Shown: positions 20,139-29,004, counted from the first letter of the stretch. The stretch: 54,861 bases of DNA from a virus (IMGVR_UViG_3300037963_004246:1-54861); one strand, 5' to 3'. Program-made: numbers and translations. The notes: generated from the letters alone by a model not told the origin.

Positions 20139-20205
20139 TCTCAAAAGAGACTGAGTAAAAAGAGCCTGAGAAAAGAGAATCTGAAAAAAGAGACTGTAAA
20201 ATCAG
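20139..20205. repeat. SAG-dense A-tract cluster 2
   Basis: Degenerate AAAAGAG(A)..CTG units of about 14 bp between convergent genes. Confidence 0.65.
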
Positions 20206-20375
20206 GTGCTTATTGAATCAGCCACATATCGAGATTTACATTCATGAGAGCAAAAATACAGCGTTAAGAAAATATTCTCATCAACAAAACTGATATCTGT
20301 GCTGACCAATTCAGCCCTGCACATAAAGCAGTATATCGGGCGAGTCTTCAAGTTAAACTGTTCAATCAGATTCAT
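20202..20375 (-). CDS. TRASH/YHS-like Zn-finger microprotein
   Basis: 57 aa by hand; YCFMC...YFCSHEC. Confidence 0.6.
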   Translation of the reverse strand: MNLIEQFNLKTRPIYCFMCRAELVSTDISFVDENIFLTLYFCSHECKSRYVADSIST

Positions 20376-20377
20376 AA

Positions 20378-20668
20378 TCAGCCCTCCAATTCCAGGTTGT
20401 CTTCCCAGACTTTAGCACAGCAGGCTAAGAATAACAGCTTGTTTTCGGGAAACTCACCATCCAGCATACCTTCAAGCAGCATCATAAGAACAGCGGTTGT
20501 TTCGTTATCCTGTTCATTATCAGTTACATATCCTTGAGGGGGTCGCCACAGGTTTAACATAGGAGTTACCCAATCGAGAGGCTCTTTGGAGCCAGCCAAG
20601 ATAGTCCTGGACTTTTCGAGCGCTTCGTAATTCCAGTCATTCGGTGAGACTTCTCTATACGCGGGCAT
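20378..20668 (-). CDS. Hypothetical protein
   Basis: Start MPAYRE, 2 nt after the upstream stop. Confidence 0.55.
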   Translation of the reverse strand: MPAYREVSPNDWNYEALEKSRTILAGSKEPLDWVTPMLNLWRPPQGYVTDNEQDNETTAVLMMLLEGMLDGEFPENKLLFLACCAKVWEDNLELEG

Positions 20669-20670
20669 AA

Positions 20671-20871
20671 TCAGAGCCCCCCTTCCCAATCTCGCTTCAA
20701 ACAGTCGTTGCATTGAGTATTCCAATACGCAGCGGCGTTACCGCAGAATTCAAAGGAGTCGCAAGGTATTGAGTTACAAAGGCAGAGAGAAGTCCCAGAG
20801 GCCGGATTGCAGCACCCACACCAGATTGTGTGTGAGCACTTGTCGCAGATTTTTTGTTCACAGTCGGACAT
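20671..20871 (-). CDS. Cys-rich microprotein
   Basis: MSDCEQKICDKC...; 12 Cys in 66 aa. Confidence 0.55.
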   Translation of the reverse strand: MSDCEQKICDKCSHTIWCGCCNPASGTSLCLCNSIPCDSFEFCGNAAAYWNTQCNDCLKRDWEGGL

Positions 20872-20996
20872 CAGCATCCCCCGTTGAGTTTCCAAGTGAG
20901 GCATCGGGCCGAGCAAAATCGGCCAGACACATCAATCAGATTAGTGCAGTCAGGGTGTCGGCATCGGGGGCGGGCTACGGGTGCAGCTTTTTCCAT
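20871..20996 (-). CDS. Zn-finger microprotein
   Basis: MEKAAPVARPRCRHPDC...FCSARC; ATG about 25 nt below TATA. Confidence 0.55.
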   Translation of the reverse strand: MEKAAPVARPRCRHPDCTNLIDVSGRFCSARCLTWKLNGGC

Positions 20997-21014
20997 AGAC
21001 AGCCTATATTTCAT

Positions 21015-21039
21015 CTACTATATAAGGGTTGGTATCCTG
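21015..21039 (-). promoter_or_regulatory. CAG-N10-TATA promoter
   Basis: CAG GATACCAACC CTTATATAGTAG. Confidence 0.75.
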
Positions 21040-21110
21040 AAGCCTGAGCCTGCAGTTTACCAAAGACTATAAACCCGCATCCCATCTTATAGGCGGGGTT
21101 CGTTTCCAAC

Positions 21111-21290
21111 CAGCCTGGAGGCTGCAGCCTGAGGCTGGAGGCTGAAAAAAGCAGCCTGGTAGAAAAAACCTGCGTAAAAAATGCTGCAGAAAAACCTGGC
21201 AGGAGCATTCTGCCGAGAAAAAGCTCAAAAAGCAGCCTCGCCTGGCAGGTCGGCGTTTTAAACAGCAACCTGACTCAGCGGGCCGAGAAA
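21111..21290. repeat. SAG-dense A-tract cluster 3
   Basis: Contains the exact GCAGCCTGAGGCTG of cluster 1, then A5-6 tracts separated by CAG/CTG/GAG/CTC. Confidence 0.7.
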
Positions 21291-21372
21291 ATATCTCATA
21301 GACCAGCGCAGGGTAGGTATCCTCACAGTTATCCGCTGTTAGAGGACACACTCGCTGGTGCAGACCGTATCG

Positions 21373-21534
21373 CTAAATCTGTCTGAAAGAGGGCCGCAGC
21401 CATGCTGGCTCACGAGCGCTACCAGATGTGAGTTCCTTCTGAATCTCCTTCTCAAGAGCACGATTTAGCAGGAGTTTATTTAGCCCCTCACAGGCAGTGA
21501 ATTTGAATTCAGGCATTCTGATACCGCTGTTCAT
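21373..21534 (-). CDS. Small hypothetical protein
   Basis: 53 aa by hand; ATGA overlap. Confidence 0.45.
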   Translation of the reverse strand: MNSGIRMPEFKFTACEGLNKLLLNRALEKEIQKELTSGSAREPAWLRPSFRQI

Positions 21535-22187
21535 TCCGACTCCTCCCCAGGAAATCTGATGTCGTATTTACTCATACACTTACTGCAATAGAACTGACTG
21601 TGATGAGCAGCACGATTACAGCAGGTCGGTTGTGAAAAGCCTGGCCTGTTCATCTCACACATACGCTCGACATCAACATCTCGTATGAAGCGACTGTAAT
21701 CTACACCGCTGGGGACTCCAGGCCACTCATGAGGGTCATATATCCACCCTCGTGTTAGAGCATGGAGTGCAGCCCTCGGCTTATGCAGGTCGTATTCTTT
21801 ACTGCCTGGAATTTCAGCATAACCTATGAAAGTCCAATGCGAGCCTGGCTGACCCCACTCGTTGAACAGACCCATTGATTGTTCTGTTTCACGCCTGAGT
21901 TGTTCAGGAGGCATACACATATTCGCTGGGTTTTCTTCAGCCCACCATTTTTCCTCATCTTCAGCAGAATAATTTTCAAGGGGCTCATCCCATGTTTCTG
22001 GGGAACAGCGAGCATAACGAGAAGCAGGGTCGTGAAACTGCTCATACTTTTTCTGGTGGTCAGCCCACCATTCTTCAGTATTGATTACAGTATGTTCCCT
22101 GTTGCTGGTAGGGGAGATGAAAGTCCACTCCCAATTGAACATCTGTTTTCGCATCTGCTCGACAGTCATAACTATGGTTCTCATCAA
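21531..22187 (-). CDS. Hypothetical protein
   Basis: 218 aa, Trp-rich, C-terminal Cys cluster. Confidence 0.6.
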   Translation of the reverse strand: MMRTIVMTVEQMRKQMFNWEWTFISPTSNREHTVINTEEWWADHQKKYEQFHDPASRYARCSPETWDEPLENYSAEDEEKWWAEENPANMCMPPEQLRRETEQSMGLFNEWGQPGSHWTFIGYAEIPGSKEYDLHKPRAALHALTRGWIYDPHEWPGVPSGVDYSRFIRDVDVERMCEMNRPGFSQPTCCNRAAHHSQFYCSKCMSKYDIRFPGEESE

Positions 22188-22558
22188 GCATCACCTGCCT
22201 TCCATAACTCATCGTGCAGTATTATTTCGGAGGAAAACATCCAGAAGAATAAGTCCCACTCGATAGCACCACCCTGACCTTGCGAGTTATATTCTTCATA
22301 ACTCGGATTATTCAGGCAATACATTGAGTCTAACGAATGAGCACTCGTGCCGGAGACTCTTGTAAAGTATGTGGGGTTCAGGCATAATTGGTCGAGTATA
22401 GGTTCATCTGTAAAGGGATTCTGCGGGTGCGAGTATAGCATTTTATCCTGCATAACAGCGGGCTTTTCAGTTTCCCATGTGCGTCTGATTGTTCTCAGTC
22501 TCATGGGTCGGGTTAAAAATTCAGGGCGTTGGTTTTCAGTTTGTTTTTGTTGAGTCAT
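22184..22558 (-). CDS. Hypothetical protein
   Basis: 124 aa with GGAGA RBS. Confidence 0.6.
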   Translation of the reverse strand: MTQQKQTENQRPEFLTRPMRLRTIRRTWETEKPAVMQDKMLYSHPQNPFTDEPILDQLCLNPTYFTRVSGTSAHSLDSMYCLNNPSYEEYNSQGQGGAIEWDLFFWMFSSEIILHDELWKAGDA

Positions 22559-22576
22559 ATTAAATTCTCCAATTGG

Positions 22577-22745
22577 TGGAGTGAGGCGGAATCTGCAAGG
22601 TTGCAGGTATCCTTCGTGAAGGGGTTTTGCTGATGCTGGGATGTATCAGTCTTGTGCAGTTTTAACCACCTCACTCCTTAATGTATTCTGCCCCCGTAGA
22701 GTTTCCCCTACGGGAGCATTACGTAAATCAGCAGATCTCATTGCA
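22577..22745 (-). ncRNA. Candidate structured intergenic RNA
   Basis: Stem GCTCCCGTAG/CTACGGGGGC and long stem GGAGTGAGGTGG/CCGCCTCACTCC enclosing further hairpins; no family recognised. Confidence 0.4.
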
Positions 22746-22756
22746 GGGTAACCCAA

Positions 22757-23236
22757 TCAGGATTTCTTTGCAACAGGCTTCTTAGCAGTCTTAGCCTTAG
22801 CAGGAGTCTTTGCAGACTTCTTAGCCGCAGGTTTCTTAGCCGCAGGCTTCTTAGCCTTAGCCTCAGATGGGGTCTTCTCCTTCTTTGGCTCGGTCTTGAC
22901 TACTCCGAATTCAGCAACAACTTTGTTAGCCTCAATGATAGGCAGGGATGCACCCAGACCGTAAGACTCAGATGTTGAAACCACCTTAAGTCGGCGGCTC
23001 ACGGCAGCAGTAGTAGCGCGCTTGCTGGATTTGTATTCCTCACGGTTGAGGATAATATCCATAGAGTGCAAGTGCTGCAGTGCATCTACGAGGTGTTGCT
23101 TAACTCTCGCTTGGTCAGCCTTAGTTAGCGTCTCCAATTGAGCTTTGTATTGTCCCAGCACGAATGCGTCTGTAGCGAATTGCTGCACACGGTTAATGCT
23201 GTTAGCACACTGTTTCGATAGAGTTTGGTTCTTCAC
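22757..23236 (-). CDS. Basic protein with histone-H1-like K/A/P tail
   Basis: C-terminal KAKKPAAKKPAAKKSAKTPAKAKTAKKPVAKKS; GGTGA RBS. Confidence 0.65.
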   Translation of the reverse strand: MKNQTLSKQCANSINRVQQFATDAFVLGQYKAQLETLTKADQARVKQHLVDALQHLHSMDIILNREEYKSSKRATTAAVSRRLKVVSTSESYGLGASLPIIEANKVVAEFGVVKTEPKKEKTPSEAKAKKPAAKKPAAKKSAKTPAKAKTAKKPVAKKS

Positions 23237-23336
23237 AGAACATCACCAACCCTGCCTTTCGCTGAGTCGTATCCCAGAACGAGTGCGAGGGATGGGTCGG
23301 CGTTCCCAGATTTTCGCATGGTGAGGGTAGCAAGTC

Positions 23337-23361
23337 CTACTATATATACTATGGCATTCTG
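23337..23361 (-). promoter_or_regulatory. CAG-N10-TATA promoter
   Basis: CAG AATGCCATAG TATATATAGTAG. Confidence 0.7.
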
Positions 23362-23389
23362 AAGGCTGCAGCCGCCAGATTGGATTCTG

Positions 23390-23749
23390 TCAGATTGCAT
23401 TTTGAACCTCCTGTATAGAGTAAATAACTTCCTCAAAAGAATGCTCCAATTCACATTCCTCACAAAATAAACCTGATGAGGTGGGGATAAGACGAGATAC
23501 TTTACCGTCAGCAGAAAATACTTTAACCTGATGAGCGGGCTTACCATAGGAGTCTGGATAATGACCCTGCTTTATTAAAGCAGTCTCCACCGAAGAGAAT
23601 TGATACACATACTGAACCCTATCGCTGACGAAATCATCTGGGAGTATTCTCCAAGTCCACAGTTTCTTATGTGGGTCTGGCCAGCGAATCTCCCAAAAAA
23701 CAAATTTATTTACAGCACCGCAAAGAGAACACTCCGTTTGAAATCTCAT
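23390..23749 (-). CDS. Hypothetical Zn-binding protein
   Basis: Likely start MRFQTECSLCG; second CEEC pair. Confidence 0.55.
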   Translation of the reverse strand: MRFQTECSLCGAVNKFVFWEIRWPDPHKKLWTWRILPDDFVSDRVQYVYQFSSVETALIKQGHYPDSYGKPAHQVKVFSADGKVSRLIPTSSGLFCEECELEHSFEEVIYSIQEVQNAI

Positions 23750-23950
23750 AGGTTCGTGCTCCTCGGGTTGGGGCATCGGCAGTATTGGTCTGTTCCATGC
23801 TCTTCCAGACACCACTTACAACCTCTCCAATCATATACGCTCATTCTTCTTCCTCCCACTCTATATCGTTAATGCTCGCATCACCGTTTCTGACCTGTTG
23901 CCAGAACTCCTTACATATCGTTGCGGAGACTCGTATGAAGGAGTCTGGGT

Positions 23951-24877
23951 TCATTCTTCCTCCTCCGATTCAGCATATTCCATAACACGCCTTACAGCCT
24001 TTCCGGTGTCGCCTGATACTTTGACTATGTAATTCTTATCTCCTTTAAGAGCCTTAAGCCAAGAGCCTATGTATGCAGTTAAATTATTACGAGAAGTATA
24101 ATCAACACCAAATTGAGCACAAATAAGAGCAGCACCCATCTCAGCAATTAATTCTTCCTGTGCGTATTCCCTGTCGCCAAAGACTCCCATCTTACGCTTA
24201 AAGTGAGGACCTGTTGAATGTATTACTTCGTGAGCCCAAGTATTCATACGCTCTTCGACAGAAGTAAATCTTGAGTCTTTCGGCATATTTATTAAATTAC
24301 GAGATGGGGAATAGAACGCTGAATCGCCGCCCCTCTTGATTGTAATATCATTATCTTCACAGTATTTGTAAATGACTGATAACATAGCCTCTTCACTTTC
24401 AGTAATAGGAATATCAGGGTGGTCGTGTTCGAGTGGCGGCATCCCTGTTTGGTCGCGGTTAAATACAGCCCACCACTTCTTCCAGAATATACGCTTGAGC
24501 GGGTATGTTCCGTCTGCTTGCTTAGGCTGGTCTTTATCAGGAACCTCTTTAGTATTCCAAAAGAAAACCATAGAAGAAGTCTCGCCGGACTTCACTCCAT
24601 ACCATTCAGTATTTTCGCCAATCTGACCTAATGCTTTGTTGTGTTGAGCAGACGCATCCGACCAGTTTTTGTATGTCCCCCATTGGTTGGAGTCATAAGA
24701 TTGAGAAGCGGCAATCAGTGGTAATATGAATTGATTATTACCAGAATATTCGTTCCCAGAATCTATATTATAATGTCTTCCGAGTATAACCCAGCCTCGT
24801 TCCCAGGGTGGGCATCCAGATTCTAATTCAGTAATCAGATGTTGAGTTAATTCTTGTTCATAGTCCCGTTTCGGCAT
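23951..24877 (-). CDS. ardC: ArdC-like antirestriction protein (ssDNA-binding domain plus zincin-like domain)
   Basis: PPWERGW, YSGNN, WGTYKNW, VFNRDQT, AFYSP..I.MP, HEVIHSTG, YAQEELIAE, YIGSWL motifs. Confidence 0.85.
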   Translation of the reverse strand: MPKRDYEQELTQHLITELESGCPPWERGWVILGRHYNIDSGNEYSGNNQFILPLIAASQSYDSNQWGTYKNWSDASAQHNKALGQIGENTEWYGVKSGETSSMVFFWNTKEVPDKDQPKQADGTYPLKRIFWKKWWAVFNRDQTGMPPLEHDHPDIPITESEEAMLSVIYKYCEDNDITIKRGGDSAFYSPSRNLINMPKDSRFTSVEERMNTWAHEVIHSTGPHFKRKMGVFGDREYAQEELIAEMGAALICAQFGVDYTSRNNLTAYIGSWLKALKGDKNYIVKVSGDTGKAVRRVMEYAESEEEE

Positions 24878-24903
24878 TTCGCATCAAAGTGAGCAAATCA
24901 TAA

Positions 24904-24928
24904 CTACTATATAAGACCTATTACCCTG
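24904..24928 (-). promoter_or_regulatory. CAG-N10-TATA promoter of ardC
   Basis: CAG GGTAATAGGT CTTATATAGTAG. Confidence 0.75.
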
Positions 24929-24952
24929 CAGATTGCGCCCTGTAATCTGGTA

Positions 24953-25294
24953 TCACCATTCTCCTTCTAATTGCGCTCTATCGGAGTGGATATCTCCTGA
25001 CAGGTATGTATCGCTCCATACCCCACATTCTTTACAGCGAAGAGACGCAGCAAAAACCAGACGAGGTTGCTTAGACAGTAAATTATTTTGTATGTGAAAA
25101 ACATACGGCTCATGCTCTATCCTGATTTCCCAATCGTGCGGATAAACCTGCATCTTGTGCTGGTGAGGTGGAAATGGTATTCTTGCTCCTCTTTGAGTAA
25201 AGACTAATGTAGTCTCTAACCATGTTTGAGCCTCACACACCTCCCAGATGCTCTTCGCGTTCGGTATTATGTCCTCATATTTCAGGCTGTTCAT
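24953..25294 (-). CDS. Hypothetical protein
   Basis: 113 aa, GGAGG upstream, CKECG motif. Confidence 0.55.
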   Translation of the reverse strand: MNSLKYEDIIPNAKSIWEVCEAQTWLETTLVFTQRGARIPFPPHQHKMQVYPHDWEIRIEHEPYVFHIQNNLLSKQPRLVFAASLRCKECGVWSDTYLSGDIHSDRAQLEGEW

Positions 25295-25360
25295 TTCTTC
25301 TCAGTCCTCCCTTCGCGGAGCAGCAGGACCGCCCCGCCTAAAGAGAAATAAATCACCAAG

Positions 25361-25418
25361 AATATAAAGCCTTCGATTCTGCAGCGTATAGTATTCAGAT
25401 TACTAATGTTTATAGACC
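25361..25418. promoter_or_regulatory. Divergent promoter pair, each CAG-N10-TATA
   Basis: Minus: CAG AATCGAAGGC TTTATATT; plus: CAG ATTACTAATG TTTATAGACC. Confidence 0.75.
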
Positions 25419-25438
25419 GACCGGACAAGTCCTGTTCA

Positions 25439-25729
25439 ATGTCGGATTTGACGATTGACGATGTGAAGAATTGGATGCAAACTGCTTCCTATGAAGACCT
25501 GACGGGCCTCGTTTCTACATATAATATATGTATGAAAAACGCTCGTAATCTTCAAGGGCAGTTAAATAGAATGGCTTTATCTGTTGGAGATAGAGTTTGG
25601 TTAGCCCATAGCAAAAGAGGGGCTATCGAAGTAGTTATCGAAGACCTGCGAAGGACTAAGGCTACTGTAAGAGAAGATTGCGGACAAGGCTGGACTTGCC
25701 CTATCGCCTCGCTTTCCCCTATGGAGTGA
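25439..25729 (+). CDS. Hypothetical protein, SH3-like C-terminus
   Basis: LSVGDRVW...KATV...W pattern; ATG just below TATA. Confidence 0.6.
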   Translation: MSDLTIDDVKNWMQTASYEDLTGLVSTYNICMKNARNLQGQLNRMALSVGDRVWLAHSKRGAIEVVIEDLRRTKATVREDCGQGWTCPIASLSPME

Positions 25730-25735
25730 TTATGA

Positions 25736-25945
25736 GTGAGTAAGAAACATCATCAAGTGTTCTGCCCCTCTTGCGGCCATAGAGCCAGATACATTCAAGT
25801 TAAGACACCAAAAAGAGGCTGTCCTTATACTACTTGCGACAGGTTCAAACAAACCCTAACAGTATATTCTCACACCGAGAAGAAAGCGTGGGTCTGGCCT
25901 TGTAATCCTCGCGCACCTAATGGGACAGGGAGGATATGGGCATGA
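25736..25945 (+). CDS. Small Zn-ribbon protein
   Basis: CPSCG...CPYTTC; GGAGTGA RBS. Confidence 0.55.
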   Translation: MSKKHHQVFCPSCGHRARYIQVKTPKRGCPYTTCDRFKQTLTVYSHTEKKAWVWPCNPRAPNGTGRIWA

Positions 25946-26697
25946 CTGAAAACCACAAACCACCTCGTTATGGGTTTAAGTTATCAGCACAATACATAAT
26001 ATATCCTTTGATTGAATCTGAGCCAGGAAAAATGGAAATCAGGTGTGAAAGAATCATTGATAACTCAGGAGATTTATTGCCTAATGTATCTTTTGAGCAC
26101 ATGAAATCATCTATGGGTTGCGAGTTGGCTGAAATTGTAGTCGAGCACCCCTCCTTTTGGTATCTTAGCCCTAATACTGACCAACAAGAAGCAGAACATA
26201 CCTGCAACAATGTATTTTGGTGTGATGAGGAGTATCTTCTTAAGTATTCAGGTCCAGACAAAACAATAAAAGAGGAAGTTATGGATACTAATTGGGTAAT
26301 GATGAGGCTTATCGGTATATCAAACAGACTCGTTCAAAGATTAGAATTACCTTACAGGCTCGCTGACGAAAGTAATATGGTTAGAGGACCTGCTGTTATA
26401 GAATTATGTTCTGAAGAGGAAACACAAGCAGGGTTTATGGTGGAATGCCAGCAATTAGAGCATATTATAGCGAGTGCAGTATTACAACAATACATAACAA
26501 TTCAGATGTGGGGGTTAGACCCTAACTGTCAGGCCCTCTTTGACGAGGTAGAAAACGGAGAAGAAATAGAAATAACAACATCTTTCAGGAATTTCACCCA
26601 GCAACCGACATTGGAGAATCATTCGGACCTCGTTAAGAAGATAAACGAATTATCTAATACTCAAGGCACAGGTGATATTAAGGAGGAATTGGGTTGA
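25936..26697 (+). CDS. Acidic hypothetical protein
   Basis: 253-aa ORF coupled to the upstream gene. Confidence 0.6.
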   Translation: MGMTENHKPPRYGFKLSAQYIIYPLIESEPGKMEIRCERIIDNSGDLLPNVSFEHMKSSMGCELAEIVVEHPSFWYLSPNTDQQEAEHTCNNVFWCDEEYLLKYSGPDKTIKEEVMDTNWVMMRLIGISNRLVQRLELPYRLADESNMVRGPAVIELCSEEETQAGFMVECQQLEHIIASAVLQQYITIQMWGLDPNCQALFDEVENGEEIEITTSFRNFTQQPTLENHSDLVKKINELSNTQGTGDIKEELG

Positions 26698-26791
26698 GCC
26701 GTAAAACAATCTGTAAAATTTCACACCCTCGCATAGCCGGAGAAACAAAGTGCCGTGTCTGCGGTCAGCGTTATTCAGAGGAGGAAGAGTG

Positions 26792-27022
26792 ATGGCTCAC
26801 GAGTGCGACCATTGGGACTGTCCTGATTGCCTAAGTCTAAGTCCTCTTTTTGGCTCTATTAGACCCTGTTATTTTTGTTCCCATGAGTTTTACCTCAAAA
26901 AGATGTTTGAGGTGGTGGATACAGAAAATAATTTAGATGTGCTCGCCTGTAAAGAGTGCGCCGACATACTGCTTTCTGAGAAATCAGAATCAAAAGGTAT
27001 ATTAACCGATGGAACGAGATGA
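26792..27022 (+). CDS. Cys-rich hypothetical protein
   Basis: Three CxxC pairs; GAGGAGG RBS. Confidence 0.55.
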   Translation: MAHECDHWDCPDCLSLSPLFGSIRPCYFCSHEFYLKKMFEVVDTENNLDVLACKECADILLSEKSESKGILTDGTR

Positions 27023-27329
27023 TTTTATGGCGTGGAACGACAGACCCAATAGAATATCAGGCAAAAAGTCCAAGAGGCGTAATGACGGCCTAAGAATCAG
27101 ACTTGTTAAAATACTACGGGAACACCCAGACGGTCTGCTTACCAGCCAAGTAGTGTATTGGCTCAAAGAATCAGGTTGGAAGCGTGTAGGCTCTATTCAT
27201 CAGATAGGTAATGTGTTAAGACTCACTCCAGGTATCGTTAGTGAGGATACCGGAAACCACCAAGCAAAATGTCTGTGGAAGATTGCAGACGAGGAAGCAT
27301 GGAATGAATACATCGAGGAATTACTATGA
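27009..27329 (+). CDS. Winged-helix protein (paralog family)
   Basis: LRIRLVKILREHPDGLLTSQV...GSIHQIGNVLRLTPGI. Confidence 0.6.
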   Translation: MERDDFMAWNDRPNRISGKKSKRRNDGLRIRLVKILREHPDGLLTSQVVYWLKESGWKRVGSIHQIGNVLRLTPGIVSEDTGNHQAKCLWKIADEEAWNEYIEELL

Positions 27330-27553
27330 GATACAAAATAATATGTAAATGCAATGGAGTAAATACCATACGCTCAGACGAAAGATTACACAACTCCTTT
27401 GCAGTGTTTGCTGCAGGCCCTAAAGATATAGACTACGACTCGGATTCTGAAAGACAATACAATAGCACAATTGAGGGTTATTTTTGCGAGAAATGCTTCA
27501 AGTCTTTTTCTTATTCTGAGGTATTAAGTATGATTAAGGAGGATAAAGAGTGA
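27326..27553 (+). CDS. Small hypothetical protein
   Basis: CKC...CEKC; coupled. Confidence 0.5.
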   Translation: MRYKIICKCNGVNTIRSDERLHNSFAVFAAGPKDIDYDSDSERQYNSTIEGYFCEKCFKSFSYSEVLSMIKEDKE

Positions 27554-28080
27554 ATATATTTGTATTATCTGAAGACCCTATAACTGCAGCCAAAATGCTG
27601 TGCGACAAGCACATACCAAAAATGACTGTCGAGTCCTACCAAATGTTAGGCAGCGCAGCCAGACGACACGGTGCTACTGATGACCAGATGCCGCTCACAA
27701 AATCAGGCAAACCGCTCATCGGTGGATACCCTCACCACCCATGCACTCGCTGGGCTGGAGATAGCAGGGATAACTACTTATGGTTGGCTCACCACGCAGC
27801 CGCTCAAGCAGAAGAATATGAAAAGCGGTTCGGTAAAGAGCATTTCTGTGCAGAACCAATAGAACAATTATACTCTCTCGCACATCTAATACCAGAAGAT
27901 TACTCCACCCTAACCCCTTTTGCTCTCGCTATGCCCGACGAGTATAAAGAGTTTGACGGTTATGTTTATGATACTGCGTGGTCTGAAATGGCTGTTTTAG
28001 CATACAGGGCTTATTATCACTCAAAGACCTTCGCCAGATGGGAAAGAGGGCGAAATGCCCCTGCGTGGTGGTCAGCATGA
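27550..28080 (+). CDS. Pyrimidine-dimer DNA glycosylase/endonuclease V-like protein
   Basis: MNIF.L..DP..AA...CDKH..KM..E..QML, HPCT.W, NY.WL, EY..RFGK.H, AMP..YK, AYR.YY. Confidence 0.75.
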   Translation: MNIFVLSEDPITAAKMLCDKHIPKMTVESYQMLGSAARRHGATDDQMPLTKSGKPLIGGYPHHPCTRWAGDSRDNYLWLAHHAAAQAEEYEKRFGKEHFCAEPIEQLYSLAHLIPEDYSTLTPFALAMPDEYKEFDGYVYDTAWSEMAVLAYRAYYHSKTFARWERGRNAPAWWSA

Positions 28081-28901
28081 TGGTTAGAGTATTATCCCAC
28101 GAGGGGGAAACATTTGTTCTGTTCAAGGCCTGTGCGGAGGACTTGCTGTTCGCTACGCCTCACACCATGCACGATAAGTCAAGGCAGGGTAAATATCATT
28201 CTCGGCTCGTATTCAAACACTTCACCATAACAGGCAGACAAAACATGGTTGATTTTATGACTAACTTTGAGCCTTCAGTCCCCTGGAATGAGGAATGGAG
28301 GGCTTTCGTGACCTGCTTACAGCATGATTGGACTGATTTTGTTAAGAGGTTTATGTTGGCCGAACCGAGATGGATGCTCGGAAAGGTAAAAAATGTGCAT
28401 GAGCCGTTCCCAGAAATAACTAAGATATATGTCTGCAAAAATCATTTCCCAGACAGGGAAAAATTTGGTGTATTACCTGCAGTCGAGATGTGTCCGTTCC
28501 CTGTGAGGCGGCGTGGGGGAGAAGTAAAGTTAGTGGATTCTCTCGTCAAGAGAGAAACAAAACATGAGGTGTCTGTTTTTACCACAGAAATATCGAGATG
28601 GATTACCTTTAGGAGAGATTTCTGCAAACCACAAAACGCAGACCTTTATGATGACTTTATAGCATTAAGAATACCTGAGGCAGGTTTGCCTTATGATTCA
28701 GACTACCCTCCATGCTTCACACCTCTTCTCGACCCACTATATGAGGACAGCGACACCCATGAAATCATAGAGTTATTGTCCTCAACCTTCCACACTAATA
28801 ATTATTTCAATTCTTTATCTAACAGTCAAAAAGAAATAATCGCAGCACAGCGGGGCGATTACGATAATTATTTCAATTCTCATAAGGGGTATTTACGATG
28901 A
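28077..28901 (+). CDS. Hypothetical protein
   Basis: About 274 aa; ATGA overlap. Confidence 0.6.
   Translation: MMVRVLSHEGETFVLFKACAEDLLFATPHTMHDKSRQGKYHSRLVFKHFTITGRQNMVDFMTNFEPSVPWNEEWRAFVTCLQHDWTDFVKRFMLAEPRWMLGKVKNVHEPFPEITKIYVCKNHFPDREKFGVLPAVEMCPFPVRRRGGEVKLVDSLVKRETKHEVSVFTTEISRWITFRRDFCKPQNADLYDDFIALRIPEAGLPYDSDYPPCFTPLLDPLYEDSDTHEIIELLSSTFHTNNYFNSLSNSQKEIIAAQRGDYDNYFNSHKGYLR
28797..28848 (-). promoter_or_regulatory. 52-bp dispersed element, copy 2 (inside a CDS 3' end)
   Basis: Reverse strand GTGCTGCGATTATTTCTTTTTGA-N-AAAGAATTGAAATAATTA. Confidence 0.5.
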
Positions 28902-29004
28902 AATGTCCGATGTGCAACAGACATAGATTAACTGCGTGTAAGACAGACACATTTACGAGGGTTACCTGTTTAGATTGTTGTTGGAGCGAAGACCTATGAA
29001 TTAT

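Noticed and set aside
18742-21290. SAG clusters as CRISPR mini-arrays
   Set aside because: Units are 13-14 bp, degenerate and have no unique spacers of regular length.
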